A stretch of DNA of 64,000 nt. It comes from an uncultured Desulfobacterales bacterium (GTDB taxonomy: Bacteria; Desulfobacterota; Desulfobacteria; Desulfobacterales; JAHEIW01). Numbering within the stretch: the first letter of the stretch is position 1; each line of letters starts with the position of its first letter. The stretch is taken from assembly GCA_947259495.1 (NCBI GenBank), contig CAMYLV010000005.1, positions 55,401-119,400 on the forward strand, read 5' to 3'. Positions 1-9,131 of this stretch are shown here, piece by piece. The notes under the pieces are model-generated. The model did not search any database. It was given only the letters and a program-made list of their open reading frames with translations, and was not told where the DNA came from. A program made the position numbers and the translations under genes.

Positions 1-677
1 AACCCGGAGTCTTCGGGTTTGTAAGTTTGGACCTCGATGGTCGTAAATGTCCCGTCTCCATTGCCGAGATTAACATAAAAATATCTAAGATTTGCATTAG
101 ACATGTAAGGGGCCACAATAAAATCAGCATGTCCGTCATTGTTAAAATCAGCGGCATCGGCGCCCACGGATAATCTAGGGGTAGAGTCGGGTATCACCGA
201 GGATGTAAATCCGAGTTTGCCATCGCCGATATACAGCTCGCAGTCCGTGGTTTTGTATTGCGGCAGGATAAAGTCAAGGTTGCCGTCTGCATCGAAATCG
301 GCAACGGCGATATCCAATGGAAGATTGCCTTCACCCCACACGGCCACTTCCCTCGGGGCAACAAAATTATTGCCGGGACCGAGCTTTTCGAAAAGATGTA
401 TTGAACCTGAATCAGTGCCACTGCCCATGATGAGATCCAGGTCACCGTCGTTATCGAAATCCCCGATTCCGTTACCGTAACTGTAGCCGCCCACGCTGCC
501 AATGAGTTCCTGCAGAGTAAACTGCCCGTCACCAGCGCTTTCCATATAATAGCTATTGCTGTAACTGTCCAAGGCAACTACAAATACCTCGGTATTATCA
601 GATGCTGCGACGATTGGCGGAACCGCGATCAGAAAACAGGTTAAGAAACTCAATACTGCAAAAGTATTCAATTTCAT
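1..677 (-). CDS. Secreted FG-GAP/VCBS-repeat (beta-propeller) protein, partial; its 3' end runs off the window
   Basis: Translated by hand from ATG 677: signal peptide MKLNTFAVLSFLTCFLIAVPPIVAA, then repeats GDFDNDGDLDL, ADFDADGNLDF, ADFNNDGHADF and NLGNGDGTF. No stop to base 1; purine-rich SD-like run upstream. Absent from the ORF track. Confidence 0.85.
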   Translation of the reverse strand, partial: MKLNTFAVLSFLTCFLIAVPPIVAASDNTEVFVVALDSYSNSYYMESAGDGQFTLQELIGSVGGYSYGNGIGDFDNDGDLDLIMGSGTDSGSIHLFEKLGPGNNFVAPREVAVWGEGNLPLDIAVADFDADGNLDFILPQYKTTDCELYIGDGKLGFTSSVIPDSTPRLSVGADAADFNNDGHADFIVAPYMSNANLRYFYVNLGNGDGTFTTIEVQTYKPEDSG

Positions 678-1327
678 AATTTACCCCCTCTCTGTTTTCA
701 GGAGCCTCCTGCCCTTGGTAATTTTGAACTAAACGGTTAAAAAGTATGGAAAAGTTTTAAAGAAATGTTTTTATATTGTCACCTCCGCGTTTCGGTCTCA
801 ACAGATTGGATACAATAATGATGCCAGGTGCAGCATTCGATGCTGCTATTTTTATTTACAAATAATATCGGTATGTTATTCAATTTACCATCGAAGCAAT
901 TACCGGCAAAATACAAAGATTCCGCCTGTTTTTGTCAAATGACATTACATTTTTTGGCAAAAATAAAAGGTGGGCTAATTCTGCTTTAAAGCGGTCAAGT
1001 TTTCTTTTGACTTTTGCAAAGGGAAGGCACCAGGGCGCCATGGGCGTCGTTCCACCCCGGTTAGATTTGCTTCGCTCATGTTTTCGTTGAAAGCAATTTA
1101 ACAGGGCACAGCAGGGCAGACGGGGCAATTCTAAGGACCCGGCTTTTCATTCTTGACACCGCATCGCATTTTACTTAACCTCCGGAATGAATGACAATAT
1201 TGCCGTAAAAGACCTCGTCACCGGTCACAACCCGCTGGCAGCGATCCACCTGTCGGATTCGTATTATCGTAAAATCAAGTTGGTATAATCAATTAAGTTG
1301 ATAGCTCTTAGCTCAAAGGGCTAATTA

Positions 1328-1466
1328 GGACTGAGTGCTGAGGGCTGAGTTCAAAATCAGGAATGAGGGCGTGGGGCTACGCGTTTCGAGTTGCGGGTCT
1401 GGTGCTGCGAGTTGCAAGTAGTCGGGCGTTAGGCAGAGATTTTTGCTCAGTCCTCATCGCTCAGTA
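1328..1466. repeat. Intergenic 7-nt periodic repeat block with an inverted partner
   Basis: TGAGTGC TGAGGGC TGAGTTC (1332-1352) and the inverse-type CTCAGTC CTCATCG CTCAGTA (1446-1466). Confidence 0.6.
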
Positions 1467-1520
1467 CTTTTTTTACCCTGAGGAAAAGTTGCCGGGAGGC
1501 GATTTAGCGGAGATATCAGC

Positions 1521-1742
1521 ATGTGGCGTTTGCTTGACAGCGTATCCTATCCGGTTCTGATTTTTATCGCGGTCTTTATGCTGCTGGCGCCCTTCAGTCC
1601 GATGCCGCATGTGGTCGAAAAATTAATCTTGCTCAAAAACGGCAACTTGACCCGGGCAGTCGATATATTCGATCTGTGCTTTCATCTGGCACCCACCGTT
1701 TTGCTGACCTTTAAATACTTAAGAAAGCGTAATATAAAATAG
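1521..1742 (+). CDS. Small conserved-type membrane protein (73 aa)
   Basis: ATG with GGAG upstream; hydrophobic segments and a PFSPMPHVVEKL motif. Confidence 0.7.
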   Translation: MWRLLDSVSYPVLIFIAVFMLLAPFSPMPHVVEKLILLKNGNLTRAVDIFDLCFHLAPTVLLTFKYLRKRNIK

Positions 1743-1755
1743 ATTCAGGCAGGCA

Positions 1756-1806
1756 GGACTCAGGGCTGAGGGTTGAGTGCTGAGACAAAAATCAGGGCTG
1801 AGGACA
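1756..1806. repeat. Intergenic 7-nt periodic repeat block
   Basis: TCAGGGC TGAGGGT TGAGTGC TGAGAC ... TCAGGGC TGAGGAC; same family as 1332-1352. Confidence 0.55.
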
Positions 1807-1866
1807 GATTCAAGAGGTTTGTTTTCGGATTAAATTTAAAAGGCAATGATTTAAGGCTTGCTGTGC

Positions 1867-2832
1867 TCAAGGCGAGTCGGCGGTTATTTGTTCTAAAAGT
1901 TGCTCATCCAGGTTGCCGCCGGTCAAGACCACGCCCACTTTGCGGCCCGGGTCCGACCAGTGGTCGTGCAGCAGGGCGGCGACGCCCACCGCTCCGGATC
2001 CTTCCACTACAAGCTGGTGATGTGTCCGCAAGAAGCGGATGGCGGAACGAATTTCATCTTCTGAGACCAGCACCATGCGGTTTATCAGGCGGCGGCCGAG
2101 CTCAAAGGTGATTTCACTGATGCCGCCTTCCAGCCCTTCGGCAATGGTCCTTTCGGATGGGAAGGTTAAATGCGCCCGGTTTTCGGCGAGGGAACGCGCC
2201 ATGGCGCAGGAGGCAACCGATTGGCAGCCAATGACCTGGATGGCCGGATGAAAAGCTTTTACGGCGGTTGCTACTCCCGCGATCAACCCACCACCGCCCA
2301 CCGGCACGATCACCGCATCAAGGTCGGAAACCGCTTCCAGCATCTCCAGTCCCACGGTCCCGTGGCCGGCCATAATCAGCGGATCGTCAAAAGCCGGAAT
2401 AAACACCCGGCCGGACTCTTCGGCGTCCGCCAGGGCCGCCGCGTGGGCCTCATCGTAAAGGCGGCCTTCGATAACCACTTCAACCGGGTATTGTTGAATG
2501 GCTTCCAATTTGATGCGGGGGACGGTTTGGGGCACATAAATGCGGCAGGGGATCTTGAAGCGGCTGACGGCCAGACCCACACCCTGGGCGTGGTTTCCGG
2601 CGGAGCTGGTGACGATGCCGCCGGCCTTTTCGCGCGCGCCCAGGGACGCGATCTTGTGATAGGCGCCCCGCAATTTAAACGAGCCGGTGCGCTGCAAACA
2701 CTCCGCCTTGAGATAGACCGCCATGTTGGTGTGGTCGCTGAGGGCGCCTGAGCGCTCAAACGAGGTTTCCCGGATGATGCCCTGCAGGTTCCGGCGGGCG
2801 TTGCGGATTTCCTCAATGGTTAAGGCAGCCAT
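1867..2832 (-). CDS. PLP-dependent threonine/serine dehydratase (catalytic domain only)
   Basis: KAECLQRTGSFKLRGA (PLP lysine), SSAGNHAQG, PVGGGGLIAG, TGGN; ~320 aa with no ACT domain. Confidence 0.92.
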   Translation of the reverse strand: MAALTIEEIRNARRNLQGIIRETSFERSGALSDHTNMAVYLKAECLQRTGSFKLRGAYHKIASLGAREKAGGIVTSSAGNHAQGVGLAVSRFKIPCRIYVPQTVPRIKLEAIQQYPVEVVIEGRLYDEAHAAALADAEESGRVFIPAFDDPLIMAGHGTVGLEMLEAVSDLDAVIVPVGGGGLIAGVATAVKAFHPAIQVIGCQSVASCAMARSLAENRAHLTFPSERTIAEGLEGGISEITFELGRRLINRMVLVSEDEIRSAIRFLRTHHQLVVEGSGAVGVAALLHDHWSDPGRKVGVVLTGGNLDEQLLEQITADSP

Positions 2833-2910
2833 GAGCACAGTTGTCTTTTAAAATTAGTTGAAGGGTTAATTCCTTAAATCTTAATACGGAGCAGGGGTCA
2901 AGTCTTTGTG

Positions 2911-4449
2911 TTATTTGAAATTGTCACCCAGGGTGTTGATGAAGCAACCCCCGGCTCCGCCGCCGCCCGACGAGCCGGAGCCTGCGTGTGCAGCGCCCAG
3001 TCCGGAAGGATCGACGATGATGCCGTTTTGCTGACCGTCGTCGTCACCCGCGCCACCATCAACCAGTGTGATGCTCAGCTGGGTTCGATCGCCGTTGAGC
3101 GAAACATTTGCGCTGTAGTCATACCAGCCCTGGCTCTGGCCGTATTTATACCACTTGTAGCCCTGCGGCATGGGCTCGGGCAACAATACCGTGATAGTCG
3201 TGCTGCTGCCGGGGATGTCGACTTTGATTTTAAAATCCATCAGGCCGTAAATCATATTTTGCGGCATCCCGTTTCGGTTCGTTATCTCTTCACCTTCAGG
3301 ATCGACAGGCTGCAGGCTGACCAGATCCGAGTCGTCATCCGACTTTAATCCCAGCACCGAATTGGTTGTGGTCTGAAACGCGATGGCATCATCGGGCACC
3401 GTCTGGATGCCGTTTTCGGTGATGTCGATTTCAACTGTATCCGAATCGGAATCTCCGCCCGAGTCATATACGGTTAATTTAAAAACCACCGTAGCATCTG
3501 CGGTGATCGGGGCGGCCACAAAAGTGGGCCTGACGGCATTTGGGTCGGATAAGGTTATTGCCGGGCCGTCGGTCTGGGTCCATTCGTAAGTGACGATCGC
3601 ATCGTTGGGGTCCGTTGACTGCGATCCGTCCAGCGCGACCGTTGCGCTTTCGAGCACACTCTGGTCGGGGCCGGCATCGGCTGTCGGCGGCAACTGATTG
3701 ACGGCAAAGCTGACCGCAATGGTGTGGTTGCCGCTGACATTTTCAAACGTGTAGGTGGTGGCAATTTCGGCTATTGCGCCGTCCACCAGAACCTCGGCCA
3801 CGCTGTGCCCGGCGTCCGGCGTGATGGTGAAGGTGATATCGCCGCCCTGATCGATTGAAAAGTTGCCCTGCGGTGCGATGCTGCCGCCCGCGCCGGCTGT
3901 TGCCGTGAACATATAGCTGGCAATTTCCGGACAGGAACTGAGGCCGCTGCGGCGTCCAAAATTCTGGGTCCAGTAATGGCCATAGGTACTGTTGGCCACA
4001 TAAGCATATCCGACACCGATATCGCAAAAATTGGGGTTCAATATATTGGCGCGGTGCCCGGCGCTGGCCATCCAGGTGTCGATGACATCTTCAGGGGTCG
4101 GCTGGCCGGCAGCGATGTTTTCACCGCAGTAGTTCCAGGTGTAGCCGGCATCCGTGACGCGACCGCATGCGGTTCGCCCGTCAAGGCCCGTGTGGCTGAA
4201 ATAGTTCTGCAACCCCATGTCTTCGGAATGACCCCGGGCGGCAGCCCCCAGGCCGGCATCGTAACTCAATGGCGGCAGCCCCTCGGCGGCCCTTTCGACA
4301 TTGACCAGATCAATCACCTCGGACTCAAAGCCGGCGTAAACATTTCCGCAAAGCAAAAAAAAGCAACACGTGAATAAATTCAGTACCCGTTGCACCGGCG
4401 CCCCTTCATGTAGTTGTATCGATTTATTCTTAAATAGACCCGCATTCAA
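2911..4449 (-). CDS. Secreted CAP(SCP)-domain protein with B-repeat, PKD-like and choice-of-anchor-U-like domains and a GGCFI C-terminus
   Basis: CAP motifs HSEDM..YFSH, GENIAAG, WMASAGHRANIL; PTADAGPDQ..TLDGS (PKD-like); DGGAGDDDGQQNGIIVDPSG; ends GGGGAGGCFINTLGDNFK. Start uncertain. Confidence 0.85.
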   Translation of the reverse strand: MNAGLFKNKSIQLHEGAPVQRVLNLFTCCFFLLCGNVYAGFESEVIDLVNVERAAEGLPPLSYDAGLGAAARGHSEDMGLQNYFSHTGLDGRTACGRVTDAGYTWNYCGENIAAGQPTPEDVIDTWMASAGHRANILNPNFCDIGVGYAYVANSTYGHYWTQNFGRRSGLSSCPEIASYMFTATAGAGGSIAPQGNFSIDQGGDITFTITPDAGHSVAEVLVDGAIAEIATTYTFENVSGNHTIAVSFAVNQLPPTADAGPDQSVLESATVALDGSQSTDPNDAIVTYEWTQTDGPAITLSDPNAVRPTFVAAPITADATVVFKLTVYDSGGDSDSDTVEIDITENGIQTVPDDAIAFQTTTNSVLGLKSDDDSDLVSLQPVDPEGEEITNRNGMPQNMIYGLMDFKIKVDIPGSSTTITVLLPEPMPQGYKWYKYGQSQGWYDYSANVSLNGDRTQLSITLVDGGAGDDDGQQNGIIVDPSGLGAAHAGSGSSGGGGAGGCFINTLGDNFK

Positions 4450-4698
4450 ATAATCTGCTGTAATTTTGCAATAATCGCACCATCGAAAGGCTCTATTTTA
4501 AAAGTGAATAAATCCTTAGGGTTAACTACCTGATCGGCCATTTTTTTGTTCCAAACTGACAGATTTAATCAACAAGCCGTATAAAAAATGTCACATGCGC
4601 CGGCCTCAAATCGGTGTTTGTAAACCTTTCGAAAATCAATTGCGTCATAGGCTTCAAATTTTCCTGATCCATTTACTGATGAGAAAAGGAGAGAACAG

Positions 4699-5361
4699 AT
4701 GAAAAAGAAATTCGTAGCGCTGGTATTGGTATTATCGCTTATTGGATGTACGGGAATGTCTCAAAGACAGCAAACCGGTACCGCTGTCGGTACTGCCGGC
4801 GGCGCCGGGGTGGGGGCCGTTATCGGGGGTGCCTACGGTGGCAATACCGGGGCATGGATTGGCGGATTAATCGGTGCCGGACTCGGCGGTCTGGCTGGTT
4901 ATCAGGTGGCTTCCTACATGGACCGGCAGGAAGCCGAACTCAATGCTGCCCTTGCGGAATCAAGAGCCTACAATCGTGCCAGCATTGAACGGGATCGAGA
5001 AAACACCGATATCCTTTTAGCCACTTTCAAAGGAGATGTGTTCTTCGATTTTGATTCGGCTGCCCTTAAATCCGGCGGATTTGCCGAAATCGATCGCGTC
5101 ACGCCCGTGCTGCAGAAATACGATCATACCGCCATTCAGGTTGAAGGACACACAGACGCGATTGGCACCGAAACTTATAATCAGCAGTTGTCCGAACGCA
5201 GAGCAGCGGCCGTAAAAAATGTGTTGATTCAGCACGGCATCGATCCCAAACGGATCCGCTCCGTCGGTTTTGGTGAGTCTCAGCCTATCTCTTCGAGCAA
5301 CGCTACAAATAGAAGGGTAACTCTGCGGATCATACCGTTGGTAGACGGGAGTGTGACGTAA
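4699..5361 (+). CDS. OmpA-family lipoprotein with glycine zipper (YiaD-like)
   Basis: Lipobox LIGC; glycine zipper GTAVGTAGGAGVGAVIG; OmpA motifs FDFDSA, VEGHTD, NQQLSERRA, NRRV. Confidence 0.93.
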   Translation: MKKKFVALVLVLSLIGCTGMSQRQQTGTAVGTAGGAGVGAVIGGAYGGNTGAWIGGLIGAGLGGLAGYQVASYMDRQEAELNAALAESRAYNRASIERDRENTDILLATFKGDVFFDFDSAALKSGGFAEIDRVTPVLQKYDHTAIQVEGHTDAIGTETYNQQLSERRAAAVKNVLIQHGIDPKRIRSVGFGESQPISSSNATNRRVTLRIIPLVDGSVT

Positions 5362-5366
5362 CTGAT

Positions 5367-5415
5367 CAGAGGACAGAAGACAGAAGTCAGAGGACAGAGG
5401 GCTAAGGACTGAGGA
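5367..5415. repeat. Seven-unit 7-nt tandem repeat immediately after the ompA-family stop
   Basis: CAGAGGA CAGAAGA CAGAAGT CAGAGGA CAGAGGG CTAAGGA CTGAGGA. Confidence 0.8.
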
Positions 5416-5590
5416 GAAGTGTCAGAAGAGAGAAGGCAGAAGGTAGCGGCCGGAAAACGAATGCCGGGGATGGGCCGCTGCCATGAATTGAACGGGTCTT
5501 AGTCGGACTGCATATTGCGTTCTAATTTGTACGGTTTGACGGCCGGCTGATTGTCTTGAGCCGCAAAATGCAGATTGGCCGCCATAAATT

Positions 5591-6220
5591 TTATTGGCGC
5601 TGCGCCAGATGTTTATAAACGTCTCTGATGATGCGGGCTGAGGCTTCCGACATTGCCTGGCTCATGGCTTCGGCCAACGCCCTGGGGTTTTTCCGCCGGC
5701 AGGGCTTGCGAATATCGTAGGTTTTCTGAAACAGGATTTTTTTAGCAGTATCGGGTTCGTGTTCCGCAATTAAGATAATACTCAGCGATAAAACTGCCTG
5801 CCAGCCAGCGGGCATGTCGGCTTCCAGGAATTCATCCACGCTGCCCCCCAGCACGGTAGCTCCGGGGAATGGGCGATTGCGGGGCACAACAGCCTTGAAC
5901 AGATGGGATCGCTGCAGGTCGCGGGCCAGGAAGTGGCTGACAAATTCCCCGGGATTCGCATGCCATTTATGGTAGTCATAAGCGGCCCTTTTGAATGACT
6001 TGTCGCGATAGATGATTTTACGGGTATTGTAAATCGGCGAGACACCGAAAAGTTCCACCGCGATGACATTCGAAATGGGCTCAAGATCGCGCATGGGCGG
6101 CGGGTCATATTCGAGGCTGTAATACTCGATTTTATTGCTGGGCTGCTTAAAATCGAGGCAGGCGCTCAACCCCAGCGCCAGCCCGATCCATAAAATCACA
6201 ACTACCGTAGCACGTGTCAT
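5591..6220 (-). CDS. ABC-type transport auxiliary lipoprotein (PqiC-like)
   Basis: Lipobox LSAC; YYSL, IIYR...YDYHKW motifs; last gene of the MCE operon. Confidence 0.85.
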   Translation of the reverse strand: MTRATVVVILWIGLALGLSACLDFKQPSNKIEYYSLEYDPPPMRDLEPISNVIAVELFGVSPIYNTRKIIYRDKSFKRAAYDYHKWHANPGEFVSHFLARDLQRSHLFKAVVPRNRPFPGATVLGGSVDEFLEADMPAGWQAVLSLSIILIAEHEPDTAKKILFQKTYDIRKPCRRKNPRALAEAMSQAMSEASARIIRDVYKHLAQRQ

Positions 6221-6233
6221 CGATCATCTCCCC

Positions 6234-7187
6234 TTACGGATTGCCGGCCTCAGCTTCGACATTGCGGGGCCTGGGTGGCTGGCCGAACATCAATTGTGAT
6301 GGATGGTCGGCCAGAATTTCCATCAGTCGGTCCAGGTTGTCGCTGGCTGTTTCCAAATTCCGGGCGGCACTTAACAGATGGTGCATCAGCTCAGATACAG
6401 AGGCATCGGTTCCGCCGACCAGCGCGGAGCCCTCGTCTAAAAGGATATTGGCATTTTGCATTGCCCGGCTAAAATCATCAATAGCGCTTGCGATCGTCTG
6501 CTCTTTGCTGCTGACAAGGTCTTCCAGGCGATTCAGGGTGCTGTTGGCTGCGTCCAAAATTTTATCCCACCTTTTATCCGCCAGAATCCTTTCCATGCGC
6601 TCAAATGAGGTTTCAACCGTTTTGGATATGCGCTGAATGTTGGCATTATCAACAGTCTGGTTGATATTATCCAGGGTCGTTTTAATTTTGTGCGAAATTC
6701 CCTCCAGATCCAGTAATTTTATCTGATCCAGGACCTTATTGAGGCCACCGTATAATCCGCTGATTTCAGACGGTTTGGAGGCAATAATCGGATACTCCGA
6801 CGGGAAGCCCAGCGCAGGCGATTGATCCGGCTCGTCCGCTTTTTTTTGATCCAGCTCCACAAACATGGCTCCGGTAATCCCGACTGCTTTTAGCTGGGCC
6901 ACGATGTTCGGATCAAGTTTTTGGTCGGATTCGATGTTTAAAATTACTTTGATCAACTTTGAATCCGGCGCCACCCCGATGCTTTCGACGCGACCGATAA
7001 AAACCCCCCGGTATTTGACCGGTGAATCGATGCCGAGGCCTTGCACCGACTCATCAAAATAGGTAACGTAATAGCGGCCTTTTTCTAAATAGCGGGACAT
7101 GCCCAGCCATATGGTTATCCATATCGCAAACGCAAGTCCAATGAAGACAAACAGGCCGACTGCAAACTTGGTTTTGCGGGTGGCCAT
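6234..7187 (-). CDS. mlaD: MCE/MlaD-family protein
   Basis: N-terminal TM; FDESVQGLGIDSPVKYRGVFIGRV (MCE); helical C-terminus. Confidence 0.9.
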   Translation of the reverse strand: MATRKTKFAVGLFVFIGLAFAIWITIWLGMSRYLEKGRYYVTYFDESVQGLGIDSPVKYRGVFIGRVESIGVAPDSKLIKVILNIESDQKLDPNIVAQLKAVGITGAMFVELDQKKADEPDQSPALGFPSEYPIIASKPSEISGLYGGLNKVLDQIKLLDLEGISHKIKTTLDNINQTVDNANIQRISKTVETSFERMERILADKRWDKILDAANSTLNRLEDLVSSKEQTIASAIDDFSRAMQNANILLDEGSALVGGTDASVSELMHHLLSAARNLETASDNLDRLMEILADHPSQLMFGQPPRPRNVEAEAGNP

Positions 7188-7972
7188 TATAATTCATCCT
7201 TTCGATTGGCGGCGGTCATATCGCCGGGAAGACGATTGAAAAATTGCTTTACAAATGGATTGCGGCTCTGGTCCCGCAAATATTTCGGATCACCTTCTGC
7301 GATAATCCCCCGGGTGCTATTATGCAGCATGATCACGCGATCGGCCACGGCAAAGATGCTCTCAAGCTCGTGGGTGACAATGACCATGGTGGTTCCCAGA
7401 CTTTTGTTGAGATGAAGCATCAGGTTGTCCAGCTCGGCAGACGTGACCGGATCCAGGCCGGCAGAGGGCTCATCAAAAAACAGGATCTTGGGATTCAGGG
7501 CCATGGCCCTTGCCAGTCCGGCCCTTTTCTTCATTCCGCCGCTGATCTCGGACGGCAAATAATTTTCATAGCCCCCCAGATGAACCAGATTGAGCTTCAT
7601 GCGCACCAGGTGCGACACATATTCTTCGGGCAAATCCGTATAGGCTAAAATCGGCAGCGCCACATTTTCGGCCACTGTCATCGAGCCGAACAGGGCGGCG
7701 CTCTGGTAAAGGACACCGATCTTTCGGAGTATCTGCTGCAGCCTGTTTTCATCGCAATCGGAGATGCCATCGCCATCAATGATGATCTCTCCGGCGGCGG
7801 GTTGCAGCAGCCCCAAAAGGTGTTTGAGCAAGGTGCTTTTACCGCTGCCGCTGCCCCCTAAAACCGCGAATATTTCACCTTCATAAACATCAAATGAAAT
7901 CCGATCAAGAATAATATCGGCGCCGTATCGGGCGACCAGATCCCTAACCTGGATAATCGCTTTTGCGTTCAT
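7187..7972 (-). CDS. mlaF: MlaF-like ABC ATP-binding protein
   Basis: Walker A GGSGSGKS, signature ISGGMKKRAGLARA, FFDEPSAGLDP; start chosen at ATG 7972. Confidence 0.92.
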   Translation of the reverse strand: MNAKAIIQVRDLVARYGADIILDRISFDVYEGEIFAVLGGSGSGKSTLLKHLLGLLQPAAGEIIIDGDGISDCDENRLQQILRKIGVLYQSAALFGSMTVAENVALPILAYTDLPEEYVSHLVRMKLNLVHLGGYENYLPSEISGGMKKRAGLARAMALNPKILFFDEPSAGLDPVTSAELDNLMLHLNKSLGTTMVIVTHELESIFAVADRVIMLHNSTRGIIAEGDPKYLRDQSRNPFVKQFFNRLPGDMTAANRKDEL

Positions 7973-7982
7973 CGGTTGCGTT

Positions 7983-9128
7983 TCATTTCCAGTATCGCAG
8001 AATGACGGCAAAAAGTGCATCCGCCAGTATGATGAAAAAGATGCTGCTGACCACGGCCGATGTGGTCGCCCGGCCCACGTCGGCAGCGCCGCCCCGAACC
8101 TGAAATCCCCTCAGGCAGCCAATCCCGGTGATCAGCAGGGCAAACACAGCGGCCTTAAAAAATCCCCAGAACACATCAAACAGAGTCAGGGTTTGCAGCG
8201 TCTGAGCCATGTAGGCATTGGCCGTCAGATCCAGCATAAAGACCCCGACCACCAGACCGCCGAGTATGGCAAACAGGTTTGAAAAAAGTGTCAGCAGGGG
8301 GACCGTGATAACTGCGGCCACGATTTTGGGGATTACCAGAAAACGCGTGGGGTCAAAGCCCATGGTAAACAGGGCATCGACTTCATCTGAGATCTTCATG
8401 GTTCCGATCTCGGCGGCAAAGGCGGACCCCGACCTGCCGGCGACGATAATGGCCGTCATGATCGGCCCCAGTTCACGGACCATGGCCAGGCTGACCAGCG
8501 AGGCGACATAGATGTTGGCCCCGAACTGCTGCAGCTGGACCGAAGACATAAAGGCCATGATCAACCCCAGCAAAAAGCTGATCAGGGCCACTACGGGCAG
8601 CGCATCCACACCGACTTTTTCCATCGATGAGAAGGTATCATCTTTGCGAAGCGCGCCGGGGTGCAGGCAGACATGAATAAAGGCCAGGCAGACAGCCCCG
8701 ATAAACGAAAATATTAAACCAAGCCCCGCCGCCTGAGCCAGGACCTTTTCCCCCAGGCGAACAAACATGCCGGGGTGGCGCTGCCGGCTCAAAAGGGCCG
8801 GCGCTGTTAATGTGTCGAATTTAAGCATCGACAGGATTTCCCGGATGTGCTCATTAGCGTTGGTAATATAGAGACCGCCGTTTTGGGTGCGCATCAAATT
8901 TTTTAATTCCACCAGCACCAGGGCTCCGAAATCATCCAGGTAGCTGACCTTTGAAAGGTCAACGGTCAGCGCCGGTGGCAGGGGGGGGTGTAGGCAGGAT
9001 TTCAGGCCGGCGATGGTTTGGGCCGCGGTGGCGGCATCCAGGCGGCCATGGAGGTGAAGCGTCACCACCCCGTCGTTGTTTTGTAAAACCTCATAGCGGC
9101 AGGATTGCGAATTTTGTGAGTTGCGCAT
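7983..9128 (-). CDS. mlaE: MlaE-family permease with an N-terminal STAS domain
   Basis: STAS-like DLSKVSYLDDFGALVL; RELGPIMTAIIVAGRSGSAFAAEIGTMK; VGRATTSAVV. Confidence 0.92.
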   Translation of the reverse strand: MRNSQNSQSCRYEVLQNNDGVVTLHLHGRLDAATAAQTIAGLKSCLHPPLPPALTVDLSKVSYLDDFGALVLVELKNLMRTQNGGLYITNANEHIREILSMLKFDTLTAPALLSRQRHPGMFVRLGEKVLAQAAGLGLIFSFIGAVCLAFIHVCLHPGALRKDDTFSSMEKVGVDALPVVALISFLLGLIMAFMSSVQLQQFGANIYVASLVSLAMVRELGPIMTAIIVAGRSGSAFAAEIGTMKISDEVDALFTMGFDPTRFLVIPKIVAAVITVPLLTLFSNLFAILGGLVVGVFMLDLTANAYMAQTLQTLTLFDVFWGFFKAAVFALLITGIGCLRGFQVRGGAADVGRATTSAVVSSIFFIILADALFAVILRYWK

Positions 9129-9131
9129 AGG

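Noticed and set aside
985-1025. GCAAAAGTCAA..GAAA..TTGAC (minus strand) upstream of the FG-GAP gene as a c-di-GMP riboswitch
   Set aside because: It only partly resembles the motif; P1 and P3 could not be built.
880-1560. ORFs 880-1128 and 1363-1560
   Set aside because: They have no SD or domain features. The second is read through the heptamer-repeat block.
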